A DNA stretch of 64,000 bases. Source: Synechococcus sp. GTDB taxonomy: Bacteria; Cyanobacteriota; Cyanobacteriia; PCC-6307; Cyanobiaceae. The position numbers were made by a program, and so were the translations under genes. Each line of letters opens with the position of its first letter. The first letter of the stretch is position 1. Of the stretch, positions 49,692-60,912 are shown piece after piece. The notes beneath the pieces were generated by a model. It was not told where the DNA came from, ran no database searches, and saw nothing but the letters and a program-made list of their open reading frames with translations. The stretch covers positions 800,001 through 864,000 of the forward strand of contig JBJBCN010000002.1 in assembly GCA_047285805.1 (NCBI GenBank), in the 5' to 3' direction.

Positions 49692-50147
49692 GTGACAGAT
49701 TCCGCCAAACCCGGAGCGCAGGCCGCAGACGCCAAACCCGGAGCGCAGGCCGCAGACGCCAAACCCGCGAAACCGGCGAGGCCCCCCGCCCCGGAGGACA
49801 AACCCTTCGCCGAGTTCGTCCCGAATCTGCTGATTCCGGCTCTGGCCAAAGAGATTGAGGCCTATGGCGGCCCCAACTGCGACCTCTGCTTTGACCAGGG
49901 TCCGATGCCCGTTGTTGGCAGCAGCTGCTGGCAGGTCAAGGGCATCCTTCCAAGTGGCCGTCGCTTCTGGCTGTGCTTCACCAGCGACTCGATCAGGTCG
50001 GCTAAAACCATCGCCCTCGCGGAATCCGGCAGCGAGCCCAGCCTGCTGGAGTCTTTTTTGATTGACGAGAAAAAAATCACCCAGGCACTCCTGGTCTCCC
50101 GTTTGGTGCAGCGGCTCAACGGACAGAAGTGGCTGGGGGCGAACTAA
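49692..50147 (+). CDS. ndhV: DUF2996 family protein (NdhV-like)
   Basis: EDKPFAEF, RRFWLCF, LESFLIDEKK, RLVQRLNGQKWLG. Confidence 0.8.
   Translation: MTDSAKPGAQAADAKPGAQAADAKPAKPARPPAPEDKPFAEFVPNLLIPALAKEIEAYGGPNCDLCFDQGPMPVVGSSCWQVKGILPSGRRFWLCFTSDSIRSAKTIALAESGSEPSLLESFLIDEKKITQALLVSRLVQRLNGQKWLGAN
49704..49767. repeat. 27-bp tandem repeat, ~2.4 copies, in frame (AKPGAQAAD)
   Basis: GCCAAACCCGGAGCGCAGGCCGCAGAC at 49704-49730 and 49731-49757, partial copy to 49767. Confidence 0.95.
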
Positions 50148-50225
50148 GCCTGCGAGTGATGAAGGCGGTCAACGGGCCGGCACCAAAGCCCCTTACGATG
50201 TTATTTGGTCCGCCCAAGATGCCCG

Positions 50226-51323
50226 ATGGTGCCTCCCACCGCCGTTGCCTCACCTAACGCCGCAACAGCCATCGGCACGCCCAATGCGCCGGCCACAAAG
50301 GATCCGGTTAAAGACACGATCCTGACCCCGCGGTTTTACACCACGGATTTCGAGGCCATGGCCGCCATGGACCTCAGCCCCAACGCCGATGAGCTGGAAG
50401 CCATCTGTGAGGAGTTCCGCAAGGACTACAACCGCCACCACTTCGTTCGCAACGTGGAGTTCGAGGGCGCAGCCGACAAACTCGATCCTGAGACCCGAAA
50501 GGTCTTCATCGAGTTCCTAGAGCAGAGCTGCACCTCCGAGTTTTCCGGTTTCCTCCTCTACAAGGAACTGAGCCGTCGGATCAAAGAGCGCAACCCGCTG
50601 CTGGCCGAGTGCTTTGCCCACATGGCCCGCGACGAAGCCCGCCATGCAGGCTTCCTGAACAAGTCGATGAGCGACTTCGGCCTGCAGCTCGACCTGGGCT
50701 TCTTGACCGCGAACAAGGCTTACACCCACTTCAAGCCTGAATACATCTTCTACGCCACCTATCTGAGCGAGAAGATTGGCTACTGGCGCTACATCGCGAT
50801 CTTCCGCCACCTCGAGAAGAATCCCGACAGCAAGATCTTCCCGATCTTCAACTTCTTCGAGAACTGGTGCCAAGACGAGAACCGCCACGGCGACTTCTTT
50901 GATGCCCTGATGAAGGCTCAGCCCAAGAGCGTCACCGGCCTGCGCGCCCGCCTCTGGTGCCGCTTCTTCCTGCTTGCCGTCTTCGCCACCATGTACGTAC
51001 GTGACGTGGCCCGCAAAGAGTTCTACGAAGCCCTTGGCCTTGACGCCCGCGAATACGACAAGTACGTGATCGCCAAGACCAACGAGACCTCGGCTCGAGT
51101 CTTCCCAGTGGTCCTCAACGTCGATCATCCGAAGTTCTACGCCCGTCTGGAGAGCTTGGTGCGCAACAACGACAAGCTGAGCGCGGCCGATGAAGGCAAG
51201 GCGCCAGCACCCATCAAGGCCCTGCGCAAGCTGCCCTACTGGGTCGCCAACGGTGCAGAGATGGCCAAGCTCTTCTTCACGAACCCAATCCGAAGCGAGA
51301 ACTACCAAGCCGCAGTGCGCTGA
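50226..51323 (+). CDS. acsF: Mg-protoporphyrin IX monomethyl ester oxidative cyclase
   Basis: [50 protein letters not shown]. Confidence 0.97.
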   Translation: MVPPTAVASPNAATAIGTPNAPATKDPVKDTILTPRFYTTDFEAMAAMDLSPNADELEAICEEFRKDYNRHHFVRNVEFEGAADKLDPETRKVFIEFLEQSCTSEFSGFLLYKELSRRIKERNPLLAECFAHMARDEARHAGFLNKSMSDFGLQLDLGFLTANKAYTHFKPEYIFYATYLSEKIGYWRYIAIFRHLEKNPDSKIFPIFNFFENWCQDENRHGDFFDALMKAQPKSVTGLRARLWCRFFLLAVFATMYVRDVARKEFYEALGLDAREYDKYVIAKTNETSARVFPVVLNVDHPKFYARLESLVRNNDKLSAADEGKAPAPIKALRKLPYWVANGAEMAKLFFTNPIRSENYQAAVR

Positions 51324-51356
51324 AGCCTTCCTTGCTTCGGCATGCCCTTCAGGGAG

Positions 51357-51388
51357 AGGCCCTGGTCGCTTCAGCCGGGGCCTTCTTG
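51357..51388 (+). terminator. Possible terminator after acsF
   Basis: AGGCCCTGGT / GCCGGGGCCT stem with G-U pairs; weak U tail. Confidence 0.4.
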
Positions 51389-51439
51389 CTAGGACCCTGA
51401 TGGCCTGCTGCCGTCCATGCCCATCCGTCGACAACCCGC

Positions 51440-52879
51440 GTGATTGCCTCCGTTCCCTCCCACGCAGAGCTACTGCTCGGCCCCTTTGATCAGCGTTGGA
51501 GTCCCCGCCTGGAAGCCCTCTTGGCCCTGGGTAAAGCCGCCGGCGCTGACCTGGTTGAAATCTTTCTGGAACGCACCGATCACCTCGGGGTCATCGCTGA
51601 GCAGGACACGATCACGAGCGTGACTCCCGCCTTTGGTATGGGTGCCGGCATCCGTGTTTTCCGGGACCAACGCGATGGCTTCGTCAGCACCAATGACCTG
51701 AGCGAGGCCGGGCTCACCACGGCCCTGACCCAGGCCCTTGGAATGTTGGGACTGGATGTCAACGAGGCAGGTCGCAGTGGATTTGACGGCCTGCCGGCCC
51801 TCCGGGACTTCGCGCTGGACAAGGGGCTCTGGCTGAGCAGCTGCCCTGAGCTGACCGAGACCACCCAGAAACTGCTCGACGGAACCACGCAGCTGCACCA
51901 GAAGGGCAAACATCTGCAGGCCCGCCGCGGTAGCTACGCCCGGGACTGGCAGGAGGTGATGGTGGCCGCCAGTGACGGTACCTTCGGACGGGACATCCGC
52001 TTGCACCAATCGGTCGGCCTCAATGTCCTAGCTGCCGATGGTGATCACCGCGCGGGAGTCGGCCGCCGCTACGGCACCTCGGACAGCCCGGATGATCTGC
52101 GGAAGTGGAATGTGGCCCAAGCCGCTGACGAGGTCTGCACGAGTGCGAGAAACATGCTGTACGCGGACTACGTCGAAGCTGGCCAGATGCCAGCGGTGCT
52201 CGCCAACCGCTTCGGTGGTGTGATCTTCCACGAGGCCTGCGGGCACCTGCTGGAGACGACCCAGGTGGAGCGTGGCACCACCCCCTTCGCCGAGAAGGTC
52301 GGCGAACCAATCGCCCACGAAGCCGTGACCGCGATCGATGAAGGGCTGACGGGCGGCGCCTTTGGCTCCCTGTCCATGGATGACGAAGGACTGGAGGCCC
52401 AGCGCACGGTCCTGATTGACAACGGCGTCCTTAAGCACTTCTTGAGCGACAGGGCCGGCGAGCTGCGCACGGGCCACGCGCGAACCGGTAGCGGCCGCCG
52501 CCAAAGCCACACCTTTGCGGCCGCGAGCCGCATGCGGAACACCTACATCGCCGCCGGCCCCCATAAGCCGGAGGAGCTGATCGCCTCTGTGGACCGCGGC
52601 CTCTACTGCAAATCTATGGGAGGCGGGAGCGTCGGCCCCACCGGTCAGTTCAACTTCGCCGTGGAGGAGGGTTATCTGATCGAGGACGGCAAGCTGACCA
52701 AGCCGGTGAAGGGTGCCACCTTGATCGGCGAAGCCAAAGAGGTGATGCCGCGCATCTCCATGTGTGCCAATGACCTGGAACTGGCAGCGGGCTTCTGCGG
52801 CTCAGTGAGCGGCAGCATCTTCGTGACCGTCGGACAACCCCACATCAAGGTCGACTCCATCACCGTGGGGGGCCGCTGA
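51440..52879 (+). CDS. tldD: TldD family metalloprotease subunit
   Basis: [37 protein letters not shown]. Confidence 0.92.
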   Translation: MIASVPSHAELLLGPFDQRWSPRLEALLALGKAAGADLVEIFLERTDHLGVIAEQDTITSVTPAFGMGAGIRVFRDQRDGFVSTNDLSEAGLTTALTQALGMLGLDVNEAGRSGFDGLPALRDFALDKGLWLSSCPELTETTQKLLDGTTQLHQKGKHLQARRGSYARDWQEVMVAASDGTFGRDIRLHQSVGLNVLAADGDHRAGVGRRYGTSDSPDDLRKWNVAQAADEVCTSARNMLYADYVEAGQMPAVLANRFGGVIFHEACGHLLETTQVERGTTPFAEKVGEPIAHEAVTAIDEGLTGGAFGSLSMDDEGLEAQRTVLIDNGVLKHFLSDRAGELRTGHARTGSGRRQSHTFAAASRMRNTYIAAGPHKPEELIASVDRGLYCKSMGGGSVGPTGQFNFAVEEGYLIEDGKLTKPVKGATLIGEAKEVMPRISMCANDLELAAGFCGSVSGSIFVTVGQPHIKVDSITVGGR

Positions 52880-52880
52880 C

Positions 52881-54254
52881 ATGACTAACACCAACGCAAC
52901 CCTCAACGCCGAACACCTGCGGAGCCAACTGGAGGGCATCGCCAGCCAACACGGCATCCGCCAGTGGGACTTGGGGGCGGCCTGCAGCACGGACACCTCC
53001 GTCCAGGTCGACCGCGGCGAACCCAAGCAACTCAAGGGAGCCCAGCGCAGTTCGATCACGATCCGCGTCTGGAACAGCGACGGTCTGGTGGGCACCACCA
53101 GCACCTCCGACCTCTCCCCTAGTGGATTGGAGCGGGCCCTCTCCGGCGCCCGGAATGCCGCGGCATTCGGCAACGCCCAGGAGATACCGGCCTTCTCGCC
53201 CCTGGCGACAGCACCCCTGACCGCCCTGGATCAACCGCTGCACCAGCACCAGGGCATTCTCAAATTGCTCGAGCAGCTCAAGGCCGCTGAGCAAGACCTG
53301 CTTGGTCGGCACCAGGCCATCAGCACCGTCCCTTACAACGGCCTGGCAGAGCGCAGCAGCGAGCGCATCTACCTAAACAGCAAGGGGGCCTGCCGCCAGC
53401 AGCAGCTAACCACCGCCAGCATCTACCTCTACGCCCGAGCCGAGGAGAGTGGCCGCAAACCCCGCAGCTCCGGTGCCGTTCGCCTGGCCTATGGCGCCTC
53501 GGACCTCGACATTGCCGGCTGCATCGACGAGGCCGCGGAGCGCACGATCAGCCACCTGGACTACACGCCGGTGGAGACCGGTCGCTACACCTGCGTGCTC
53601 AGCCCCGAGGCATTCCTGGATCTAATTGGCGCCTTCAGCAACCTCTTCAACGCCCGCTCGGTGCTCGATGGGGTGAGCCTCAGCCGGAAGGACTCCATCG
53701 GCCAAAGCATGGCAGTGCCCTTCCTCTCCATCCACGACAACGGGTTACACCCGGGCAACATCGGCGCCTCCAACTTCGACGGCGAGGGAACCCCGACCCG
53801 GAAGTTGGCCCTGCTTGAGGGTGGCGTTCTGAAGAACTTCCTCCACTCCGAAGCAACCGCACGCGCCTTCGGCGTGGAGCCCACCGGCCATGCGGGCCTC
53901 GGCGCCAAGGTCTCGGTCGGTCCGGATTGGTTTGAGATTGGGCCCACCCCGGGCAGCGATGGCGGCCAGAGCGGCCTGGATCGCTTTAAGGCTGATCAAC
54001 CGATCATCTGGATCGACTCCTTATCGGCCCTGCACGCGGGGGTCAAGGCCAGCCAGGGCTCTTTCTCCTTGCCCTTCGATGGCTGGTTGCTCCAAGACGG
54101 CGAAGCCCGCTCGATTGAAGCCGCCACCGTGGCCGGCGACATTCGTCAGGTGTTGAACGCGATTGTCGGCTTTGAGGGCGACGCGAAAGTCACCCCAGAT
54201 GGGCTCTGTCCGATGGTCTGGGTGGAGGGGCTCTCGATTACCGGTGAGGCCTAA
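52881..54254 (+). CDS. pmbA: PmbA/TldE family subunit
   Basis: FDGEG, TGHA, GSFSL; lacks HExxxH; follows tldD directly. Confidence 0.9.
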   Translation: MTNTNATLNAEHLRSQLEGIASQHGIRQWDLGAACSTDTSVQVDRGEPKQLKGAQRSSITIRVWNSDGLVGTTSTSDLSPSGLERALSGARNAAAFGNAQEIPAFSPLATAPLTALDQPLHQHQGILKLLEQLKAAEQDLLGRHQAISTVPYNGLAERSSERIYLNSKGACRQQQLTTASIYLYARAEESGRKPRSSGAVRLAYGASDLDIAGCIDEAAERTISHLDYTPVETGRYTCVLSPEAFLDLIGAFSNLFNARSVLDGVSLSRKDSIGQSMAVPFLSIHDNGLHPGNIGASNFDGEGTPTRKLALLEGGVLKNFLHSEATARAFGVEPTGHAGLGAKVSVGPDWFEIGPTPGSDGGQSGLDRFKADQPIIWIDSLSALHAGVKASQGSFSLPFDGWLLQDGEARSIEAATVAGDIRQVLNAIVGFEGDAKVTPDGLCPMVWVEGLSITGEA

Positions 54255-54263
54255 CAAGCAGCC

Positions 54264-55295
54264 ATGCGGATCCTCTTCTGGGGTACCCCGGCCTACGCAG
54301 TCAGCAGTCTCGATGCGCTAGTGAACGCCGGCCATAAGCTGGTCGGTGTGGTCACCCAACCGGACCGGCGGCGGGGGCGCGGGAAGGCGCTGGTGCCCTC
54401 CCCGGTCAAGGCCCGTGCCTTGGAGCTTGGTCTCCCCGTATTCACACCCGAGCGGATCCGCAAAGAACCCGACTGCCAACAACAGCTCGCCTCGCTCGGG
54501 GCTGACGTCTACTTCGTGGTCGCTTTCGGCCAAATCCTGCCGAAGGAAGTCCTTCAGCAGCCGCCTCTGGGCTGCTGGAACGGCCACGGCTCACTGCTGC
54601 CGCGCTGGCGCGGCGCCGGTCCCATCCAATGGAGCCTGATCGAAGGCGATGCCGAGACCGGCGTCGGGATCATGGCGATGGAGGAGGGGCTCGACACCGG
54701 GCCAATACTCCTGGAGCGAGCCCTCCCGATCGCTCTACTCGAGAATGCTCACCAACTCGCCGAGCGTCTGGCACGCCTCACCGGCGAACTCCTGGTGGAA
54801 GCCCTGCCCTTGATCGAAGCCGCGGGCCCCGGCCCTGAAGCAGAGCGCCTCGAGCGTCTGGGGGTACGGTTCCAGCCGGAAGAGGGCATGACCTACGCCC
54901 GCATGCTCACCAAGGAGGACGCCCAAATCGATTGGTCGGCGTCCGCGCTTGCGGTCCACCGCCAGATCATGGGGCTCTACCCCGGTGCCACGAGCAGCTG
55001 GAAGGGGAAGCGCCTGAAGGTGCTTTCCTGTGAACCGCTGATCAAACGCCTGAAGCAGGACCTCAGCCCGGAGGCCCAGGCTTTGGCGGAGCGGTGGGGA
55101 CTAAGCCCAGGGGAGAGCTCCAGCCATACACCCGGGATAGTGCTGGAGTGCGTTGATTCCACCGGCATCGTGGTGGCCAGCTCGGGTTGTCCCCTCTTGA
55201 TCCGCGAGGCGCAGCTGGAAGGGAAAAGTGCCAGCCAGGCCACCCAACTGCTGCAGCAACTAGGCGCGGTCGCCGGCGACCGCCTGGGGGACTAA
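54264..55295 (+). CDS. fmt: Methionyl-tRNA formyltransferase
   Basis: MRILFWGTP, VTQPDRRRGRG, NGHGSLLPRWRGAGPIQ, GLDTGP. Confidence 0.96.
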   Translation: MRILFWGTPAYAVSSLDALVNAGHKLVGVVTQPDRRRGRGKALVPSPVKARALELGLPVFTPERIRKEPDCQQQLASLGADVYFVVAFGQILPKEVLQQPPLGCWNGHGSLLPRWRGAGPIQWSLIEGDAETGVGIMAMEEGLDTGPILLERALPIALLENAHQLAERLARLTGELLVEALPLIEAAGPGPEAERLERLGVRFQPEEGMTYARMLTKEDAQIDWSASALAVHRQIMGLYPGATSSWKGKRLKVLSCEPLIKRLKQDLSPEAQALAERWGLSPGESSSHTPGIVLECVDSTGIVVASSGCPLLIREAQLEGKSASQATQLLQQLGAVAGDRLGD

Positions 55296-56071
55296 ACCAC
55301 CAGGAACTGATAGGCGTCGTTGACGCGCCGAAAGGCCTCCGCTGTCCCGCCCACATCGGGATGGTGCTGTTTCACCAAGCGGCGATGCGCCTGCTTGATC
55401 GCCTGCATGGAGGCCCCCCACTCCAACCCCAACACGGACAGGGCGGCCACCCGATGCGGGTCCCGTCTGCCATAGCCGGTGCTGGTGTTCGTGGACTGGT
55501 GCTGGCGGTCCGTACGGCGCTGATCGCTGCGGGTCCTGCGGTTCTTCGAGCCCTGCCGCTGGCGCAGCTCCAGTACCACCCTCTGGGGGGCGTCATCAAG
55601 CCATTCGATCGCGCTGACACCGTAGAGAGCAAAGGCCGCCAACACGGCACAGCGCTTTTTGTTGAGCGGACTCGCCATCGCCCCATAGAGATCACGGCCC
55701 AGACCTGGCACCAAGTGATCGAGGCGCTGCTGCAGATTCAACTGCGGAAGAAAGCTGCTGCGGTTCAGCTGCTCGATCAGCTGCTCGAGGCCGCTCTGCC
55801 GCAAAACGTCCCAGCCCTTCTGCTCCGCCAGGGTCGCCCCCCAGCGCTTCACCTGGGCGGTGGTGACGAGCGCTTGCGGTGGGGGCGGGTCCTGCCGCCG
55901 CCAATGCTGGCGGCTCGGTTCCGGCCGCTGGCGGAGCAACTCCAACTGCCGCCGGAGCTGCCGCACCTCACGCCTGAGGGCCTCGTTCTCCTGGAGCAGG
56001 GCGTCCACATTGCTCGTAACCCGCTGCTGCGGGCGCGGCTCTGCGGACCAGCGCCTGGGATCAAATCCCAC
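55292..56071 (-). CDS. C-terminal J-domain protein
   Basis: IKQAHRRLVKQHHPDVGG..EAFRRVNDAY; N-terminal coiled coil. Confidence 0.88.
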   Translation of the reverse strand: MGFDPRRWSAEPRPQQRVTSNVDALLQENEALRREVRQLRRQLELLRQRPEPSRQHWRRQDPPPPQALVTTAQVKRWGATLAEQKGWDVLRQSGLEQLIEQLNRSSFLPQLNLQQRLDHLVPGLGRDLYGAMASPLNKKRCAVLAAFALYGVSAIEWLDDAPQRVVLELRQRQGSKNRRTRSDQRRTDRQHQSTNTSTGYGRRDPHRVAALSVLGLEWGASMQAIKQAHRRLVKQHHPDVGGTAEAFRRVNDAYQFLVV

Positions 56072-56077
56072 GCCGGC

Positions 56078-57502
56078 TTAAGGGCGGCGCGAGGAGGAGC
56101 GTGCCGCGGGACGCCCGCTACGGCTAGCCCCCGCGCGGGGTCCGCGTTTCGATCCACCACCACGGTTGCCGCCACCACCCCGGCTGGAGCGCCCGCGGCC
56201 GCCGCTCAGATCCAGGGGAGGAGCAGAGAGCACCGAGGGCTCAAAGCCCGGGATCTCCTGCTTGGGAAGCTTCTTGCCGGTAAGCCGTTCAATTGCTCGC
56301 AGGAGCTCATGCTCCTCTGCGGCCACCAGGGAGACGGCGTGGCCGCTATGGCCAGCCCGGCCGGTGCGACCGATGCGATGGACATAGTCCTCGGCCTGAT
56401 TTGGCAGGTCAAGGTTCACCACGTGGGGTAACTGGTGAATGTCGATGCCTCGGGCGGCGATGTCGGTGGCCACCAAGACGCGGAGCTCACCGCTCTTGAA
56501 GCCAGCCAAGGCGCGTGTGCGCGCCCCCTGGCTCTTGTTGCCGTGGATGGCCGCCGCCGCCATGCCCTCAGCCGTGAGCCGATCGGCGACGCGATTGGCC
56601 CCATGCTTGGTACGCGAGAAGACCAGCACCTGCTGCCAGTCATTGCTGGCGATCAGATAGCAGAGCAAATCAGCCTTACGCCCCATGTCACAGGGGTGAA
56701 GGATGTGCTCGACCGTGGTCGCCGTGCGGTTCTCGGGGGTGACCTGAAGCTGAACGGGGTCATGGAGCAACCCCGTCGCCAAGCGACGAATCGAGGACTC
56801 AAAGGTGGCCGAGAACAGCAGGTTCTGGCGCTTGGCGGGCAGCAGGCGAAGGATTTTTTGGATGTCGCGGATGAAGCCCATATCGAGCATTCGATCGGCT
56901 TCATCAAGCACCAGGATTTCGACGCGGTCCAGGCTGATCGCCCCCTGCTGCACCAGGTCCATTAGACGACCCGGGGTCGCCACCAGCACATCGGCACCGA
57001 GCTGCAGGCGCGTGATTTGGGGGTTGATCTTGACCCCGCCGAAAACCACATCGGAGCGGAGGTCCAGATGGCGGGAGTAGGCCTTGATGTTGTCGGCCAC
57101 CTGGGCCGCCAGCTCCCGAGTCGGGGTGAGCACCAAGGCGCGAACAATCTGGCCGCGGGCACGGGGGCCGTGGCGGAGCCGCTCCAGCATCGGCAGGGTG
57201 AAACCGGCGGTCTTGCCCGTTCCGGTCTGGGCGGCCGCCATCACGTCGCGACCCGCCAGCACCGCCGGAATGCACTGCTTCTGAATCGAGGAGGGCTGGC
57301 TGTAGCCCTTCTGCAGCACCGCCTCGACGATCGGTCGCCCCAGACCAAGGGCGGTGAAGGGAGACTCCGCGAGCTGCTCATCATCCACAGGGGGCAGTGC
57401 CACGGGGGCCTCGGCCGACGCCTGGGCAGTGGTCGGCAGCCGCTTCACCGGAGCGGGCCGGCGCCGACGCCGGGGGGAACGATCGGGGGAGGTGATAAGC
57501 AA
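56078..57502 (-). CDS. DEAD-box RNA helicase (RhlE/CrhC-like)
   Basis: [46 protein letters not shown]-rich tail. Confidence 0.95.
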   Translation of the reverse strand: MLITSPDRSPRRRRRPAPVKRLPTTAQASAEAPVALPPVDDEQLAESPFTALGLGRPIVEAVLQKGYSQPSSIQKQCIPAVLAGRDVMAAAQTGTGKTAGFTLPMLERLRHGPRARGQIVRALVLTPTRELAAQVADNIKAYSRHLDLRSDVVFGGVKINPQITRLQLGADVLVATPGRLMDLVQQGAISLDRVEILVLDEADRMLDMGFIRDIQKILRLLPAKRQNLLFSATFESSIRRLATGLLHDPVQLQVTPENRTATTVEHILHPCDMGRKADLLCYLIASNDWQQVLVFSRTKHGANRVADRLTAEGMAAAAIHGNKSQGARTRALAGFKSGELRVLVATDIAARGIDIHQLPHVVNLDLPNQAEDYVHRIGRTGRAGHSGHAVSLVAAEEHELLRAIERLTGKKLPKQEIPGFEPSVLSAPPLDLSGGRGRSSRGGGGNRGGGSKRGPRAGASRSGRPAARSSSRRP

Positions 57503-57527
57503 TCCTCACGAAGCTTCACCCTACGGC

Positions 57528-58178
57528 TCAGGACTCGGTGTACAGCTGCCGGGCCTGATCCAGGGTGAGCTGCACCTCGGCATCGCTTAGCACCGAAGCT
57601 TCAGGCCAGGACTGATCCAGCCAGACCCGCAGCCGAGAGAGCTCTTCAAGGAAGAAGGTCTCCTGGGCGGCGAGAACCCGAAACTTGAGGAACTCCAGCA
57701 GGCGTGCCCGCAAACGGGCGACCGGGATCAGCTGGCAGCGTTGTGGATCCACCGCGACCGCGAGAGCTGATCCGAGCTTGAGCGCGGGCAAGTGCGGAGC
57801 CAGCAATTCCAGGCAGCCGTCCCGCTGGAAATGGCACACCTTGGTCTCGGGGTGTGGGTAATAGATCCAGCCCTGAAGCGGCTGGTCCTCGCCCTGGCGC
57901 AGCAGGACCCTCCAAAAAGAGAAGGTCTCGGGCGGATGGAGAGGCGTCCAATCCAACTGCTCAAAGCACCATTCGGGCTGGCTCAGGGCCCACCGACAGC
58001 CAGGGAATTCCAAGTTGATCGTCCCATGAAAGCAATCGCTGAGGTCCAATCCGCGCTGCAGAAAGAACGGGGACTGCAGTGCAATCGTTCCGGCCGGGTA
58101 GGGGCTCTCGCGCGCTGAGCCCGAGGCGACCCCATGGCCTTGGGCCACGACGCCCCGCTGCCAGATCCACTCCGTCAC
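57528..58178 (-). CDS. Conserved hypothetical protein (N-terminus reminiscent of the CTP-dependent riboflavin kinase fold)
   Basis: GVVAQGHGVASG, GTINL, PPETFSF, YYPHPETK. Confidence 0.65.
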   Translation of the reverse strand: MTEWIWQRGVVAQGHGVASGSARESPYPAGTIALQSPFFLQRGLDLSDCFHGTINLEFPGCRWALSQPEWCFEQLDWTPLHPPETFSFWRVLLRQGEDQPLQGWIYYPHPETKVCHFQRDGCLELLAPHLPALKLGSALAVAVDPQRCQLIPVARLRARLLEFLKFRVLAAQETFFLEELSRLRVWLDQSWPEASVLSDAEVQLTLDQARQLYTES

Positions 58179-58525
58179 GGAGCGTCGCTGCGGGAACTGT
58201 GGTGCGCGCAGCGCTCACAGGGACCGGCCGGCAGAACCGCGCAGCGCAGCAGCGGCGAGCGGGCATTGAAGCTGCAACTTGGATCACCAATCACCCAACG
58301 GCCCTGCCACCAGCGGGCATCCGCCGGACGGCGTTGCGCTTTGACCTGCAGGGCGATCGAGCTCAGCTCGTAGCGCCCGCCGCGCAATTGATAGCGGTGG
58401 TGGCGCTGCATCACTAGGTAGCTCCGATCGGGGAGCTCCAACCAACGGCCGGGGTGGGGCACCTCCTCCAGCTCGAGTCGATCAATCAGATGGTTGCTGC
58501 CGGCCTGCCGCAATTCGACGCGCAT
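58175..58525 (-). CDS. DUF6464-like cyanobacterial protein
   Basis: RHHRYQL, IGDPSCSFNARSPLLRCAVLPAGPCERC. Confidence 0.78.
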   Translation of the reverse strand: MRVELRQAGSNHLIDRLELEEVPHPGRWLELPDRSYLVMQRHHRYQLRGGRYELSSIALQVKAQRRPADARWWQGRWVIGDPSCSFNARSPLLRCAVLPAGPCERCAHHSSRSDAP

Positions 58526-58530
58526 CGCTC

Positions 58531-59256
58531 CTAGCCCTCGGCCTCCGCGTCTCTCACGCGGTTGGAGAACCCCCAGGCAAAGAGCAGCGCCACGATGCTC
58601 AAGAGCACCCATTCCGGAGGGACAACCTGCGGGGCAGCAAGACGCAAGAGCAGGCGTAGGCCCACCAAGCCGACCGCCAGATAACCCGCCGCTTCCAGGC
58701 GGGTGTAGACCTCAAGCCAGCGGATAAAGAGACCGGAGGTGAGCCGCAGGGCTACCACCCCCAGAACCCCGCCCGTCATCACCAAAAGCAGGTTGTCGCT
58801 GACGGCCACCGCGGCCGCCACGCTGTCCAGAGAAAAGGCAAGGTCGGTCATAGCAAGGGTGACCACCACCCCGGAAAGGCCCGTCTGAGCCACCTCACCG
58901 CTGGAGTCATCGGCCGGCTCGTCGTCCTCAGCGTAAGTCGATCGCAAATTGGTGACGCAGAGCCACAGGAGATAGCCCGCCGCCAGCAGCTGAAGCGGCC
59001 AAAAGTCCAACACCCACTGGACCGCCGCGATCAAGAGCAGGCGAAAGACCAGGGCCAAGCCCAAGCCTAAGTTAAGGGCCTGACTCTGCAGCTTCGGATC
59101 GTGCAGCCGGCGGGAGATCGCCGCCAAGGCGATCGCATTGTCGGCGGAGAGGACCGCCTCCAGGGCCACCAGGAGCGGCAGCAGCAGCAACAGCTCACCC
59201 CATTGATCCGCCGCCTGGATCAGAGATGAAAGGGATGGAATTGACTCCGCTTCCAT
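58531..59256 (-). CDS. TerC family membrane protein
   Basis: LEAVLSADNA, DLAFSLDSVAAAVA. Confidence 0.92.
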   Translation of the reverse strand: MEAESIPSLSSLIQAADQWGELLLLLPLLVALEAVLSADNAIALAAISRRLHDPKLQSQALNLGLGLALVFRLLLIAAVQWVLDFWPLQLLAAGYLLWLCVTNLRSTYAEDDEPADDSSGEVAQTGLSGVVVTLAMTDLAFSLDSVAAAVAVSDNLLLVMTGGVLGVVALRLTSGLFIRWLEVYTRLEAAGYLAVGLVGLRLLLRLAAPQVVPPEWVLLSIVALLFAWGFSNRVRDAEAEG

Positions 59257-59318
59257 TCAGTTGCTGCAGAGGATTCCAAGGCCCGCCAGTGTAGAAACGC
59301 CGCACCGAGATCCCGAGC

Positions 59319-60143
59319 ATGGAGAGCAGCCTGTCCTTCCGGGCCCGTCTGGTGCATGCCGAAGCCGGCAAGCGTGTGGTCCAGCTCAGTGCCTGGCAGG
59401 GATCCAGCTGCCTGGGGAGTGCACTCGGTGAAGCGGAGAACGCCGAGCTCGCCGAAGACAGGGCTCTCGAAAAACTGCAAGCCCGCCTCGGCCACCAACC
59501 AGCAGCCAGCACCCCAGCATCAAATCCGCCAGCGGCGGGAGAGCCGCCGGTGCGCCACCCCGTGGTGCGTCGTCCTCCGGCAGACGAACCCCTCGCTCCA
59601 GTCGCGGAGCCAACTCCGAAGCCTGATCAGCCTTCCGCAGCACCCCCCGAAATCATTCAACCGCGCCTGTCGAAGCAGCCCACCCCTCCACCTGCCGTGG
59701 AACCCCAAGAGCCCGTGGCAGACCCCGAGGACTGGAGCGATGAGCTCGCCGAAATCGAGGTGCAACTCAAACGCCTGGACTGGGATCGAACCCAAGAGGG
59801 GACCTACCTGCAGCGGGCTTTTGGCCACCCCAGCCGCAACAGGATCACTAGCTACGCCGACCTGGCGTCCTATGTCCGCAGCCTGAGGGTGCTCGAGCCT
59901 GGCAACGACCCAGCCTGCGCAGCCATTCCCCTGCGGCGCCGTGATCTGCTCGAGCAGAGCGACACCCTGCTGGCGGCCCTGCAATGGGATGCCAACCGCG
60001 GCCGCCAAGCCCTCGAGCAGCAGTTCAGACTCAGCAGCCGTCAGCAACTCAGTGACGAACAGCTCCTGGCGTTCAACATGCAGCTCGAGACCACCCTCAT
60101 CGGCTCCGGCAATGCCGCGCCAGCCGCTCCTATCCCAGGTTGA
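59319..60143 (+). CDS. Conserved hypothetical protein with Pro-rich linker
   Basis: GSALGEA...AEDRA, DWSDEL..I, YLQRAFGHPSRNRI, SRQQLSDEQLL. Confidence 0.75.
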   Translation: MESSLSFRARLVHAEAGKRVVQLSAWQGSSCLGSALGEAENAELAEDRALEKLQARLGHQPAASTPASNPPAAGEPPVRHPVVRRPPADEPLAPVAEPTPKPDQPSAAPPEIIQPRLSKQPTPPPAVEPQEPVADPEDWSDELAEIEVQLKRLDWDRTQEGTYLQRAFGHPSRNRITSYADLASYVRSLRVLEPGNDPACAAIPLRRRDLLEQSDTLLAALQWDANRGRQALEQQFRLSSRQQLSDEQLLAFNMQLETTLIGSGNAAPAAPIPG

Positions 60144-60847
60144 GTTGCTCCTGGTTGGCGTGGGCCTCCTCCTCCAACAAGCGCTGCTCCCGGGAGGCCC
60201 TCGCATAAAGGGGCTGCTGAAGATGCCGGCAACCTGAGGCGTTCAAGCTGCGGCTGAGGCCCAGCAGCCGCGGGCGGGCATAGAGCGAGTCGGCCTTGCA
60301 GCTCTGGGCGATGTGAATCACCTCATGGTTCTGGACCCGCGCCAAGTTCACTGTTCCTTTGAAGGCGACATCCAGGCGAAGACGTAGCTCTCCCCGGCGC
60401 GGGTTCCACTCACACGCCGCCCCCTTTTGTTTGGGCTGACGCACCACGAGAACCACGTCGCTGCGCTAGAGCTGCTAGAGCATGACCCCAATCGCATCCC
60501 GCTCACTCCGGTAGCTCGGGGGAGTGGCGATCAGCTGACGCAACTTCGCCGTGGACAGGGCTTCTCGCCGACCCGGCGCCGATAGGCGATGCGCTGCCCC
60601 CACCCGGCAGATGCTCCAACTTGGGGCAACAGAGCCGATCGGCCTGATCCAACCGCTCAAACAAAGCCCTCTGACTGGAGGCCGTCAGCTGCCCGTTGAG
60701 CGGCAGGGTCAGCTCCTCCGCAGTTTCTCCGCCACTGGCCGGGGGAAACTCCTCCTGGGGCGCGTCACCATCGGGCTGCAGCCAACTCAGGCCAGCAACG
60801 GCGAAAAGCAGCACTACCAGGGAGAGCCAGAGGGGACGTCCTCGCAC
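60097..60847 (-). pseudogene. Decayed exported HExxH-motif protein gene
   Basis: Signal-anchored 5' ORF; apparent frameshifts at ~60560-60595; in-frame TAGs at 60475, 60466 and 60130; the 3' fragment carries NHEVIHIAQSC. Confidence 0.72.
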
Positions 60848-60912
60848 AGCTGGAGCCGGCCTCAGCTGCTCACCGTTGTCTTGCCAAGATGAGCAGCTGT
60901 GCTTTGAGCCCC

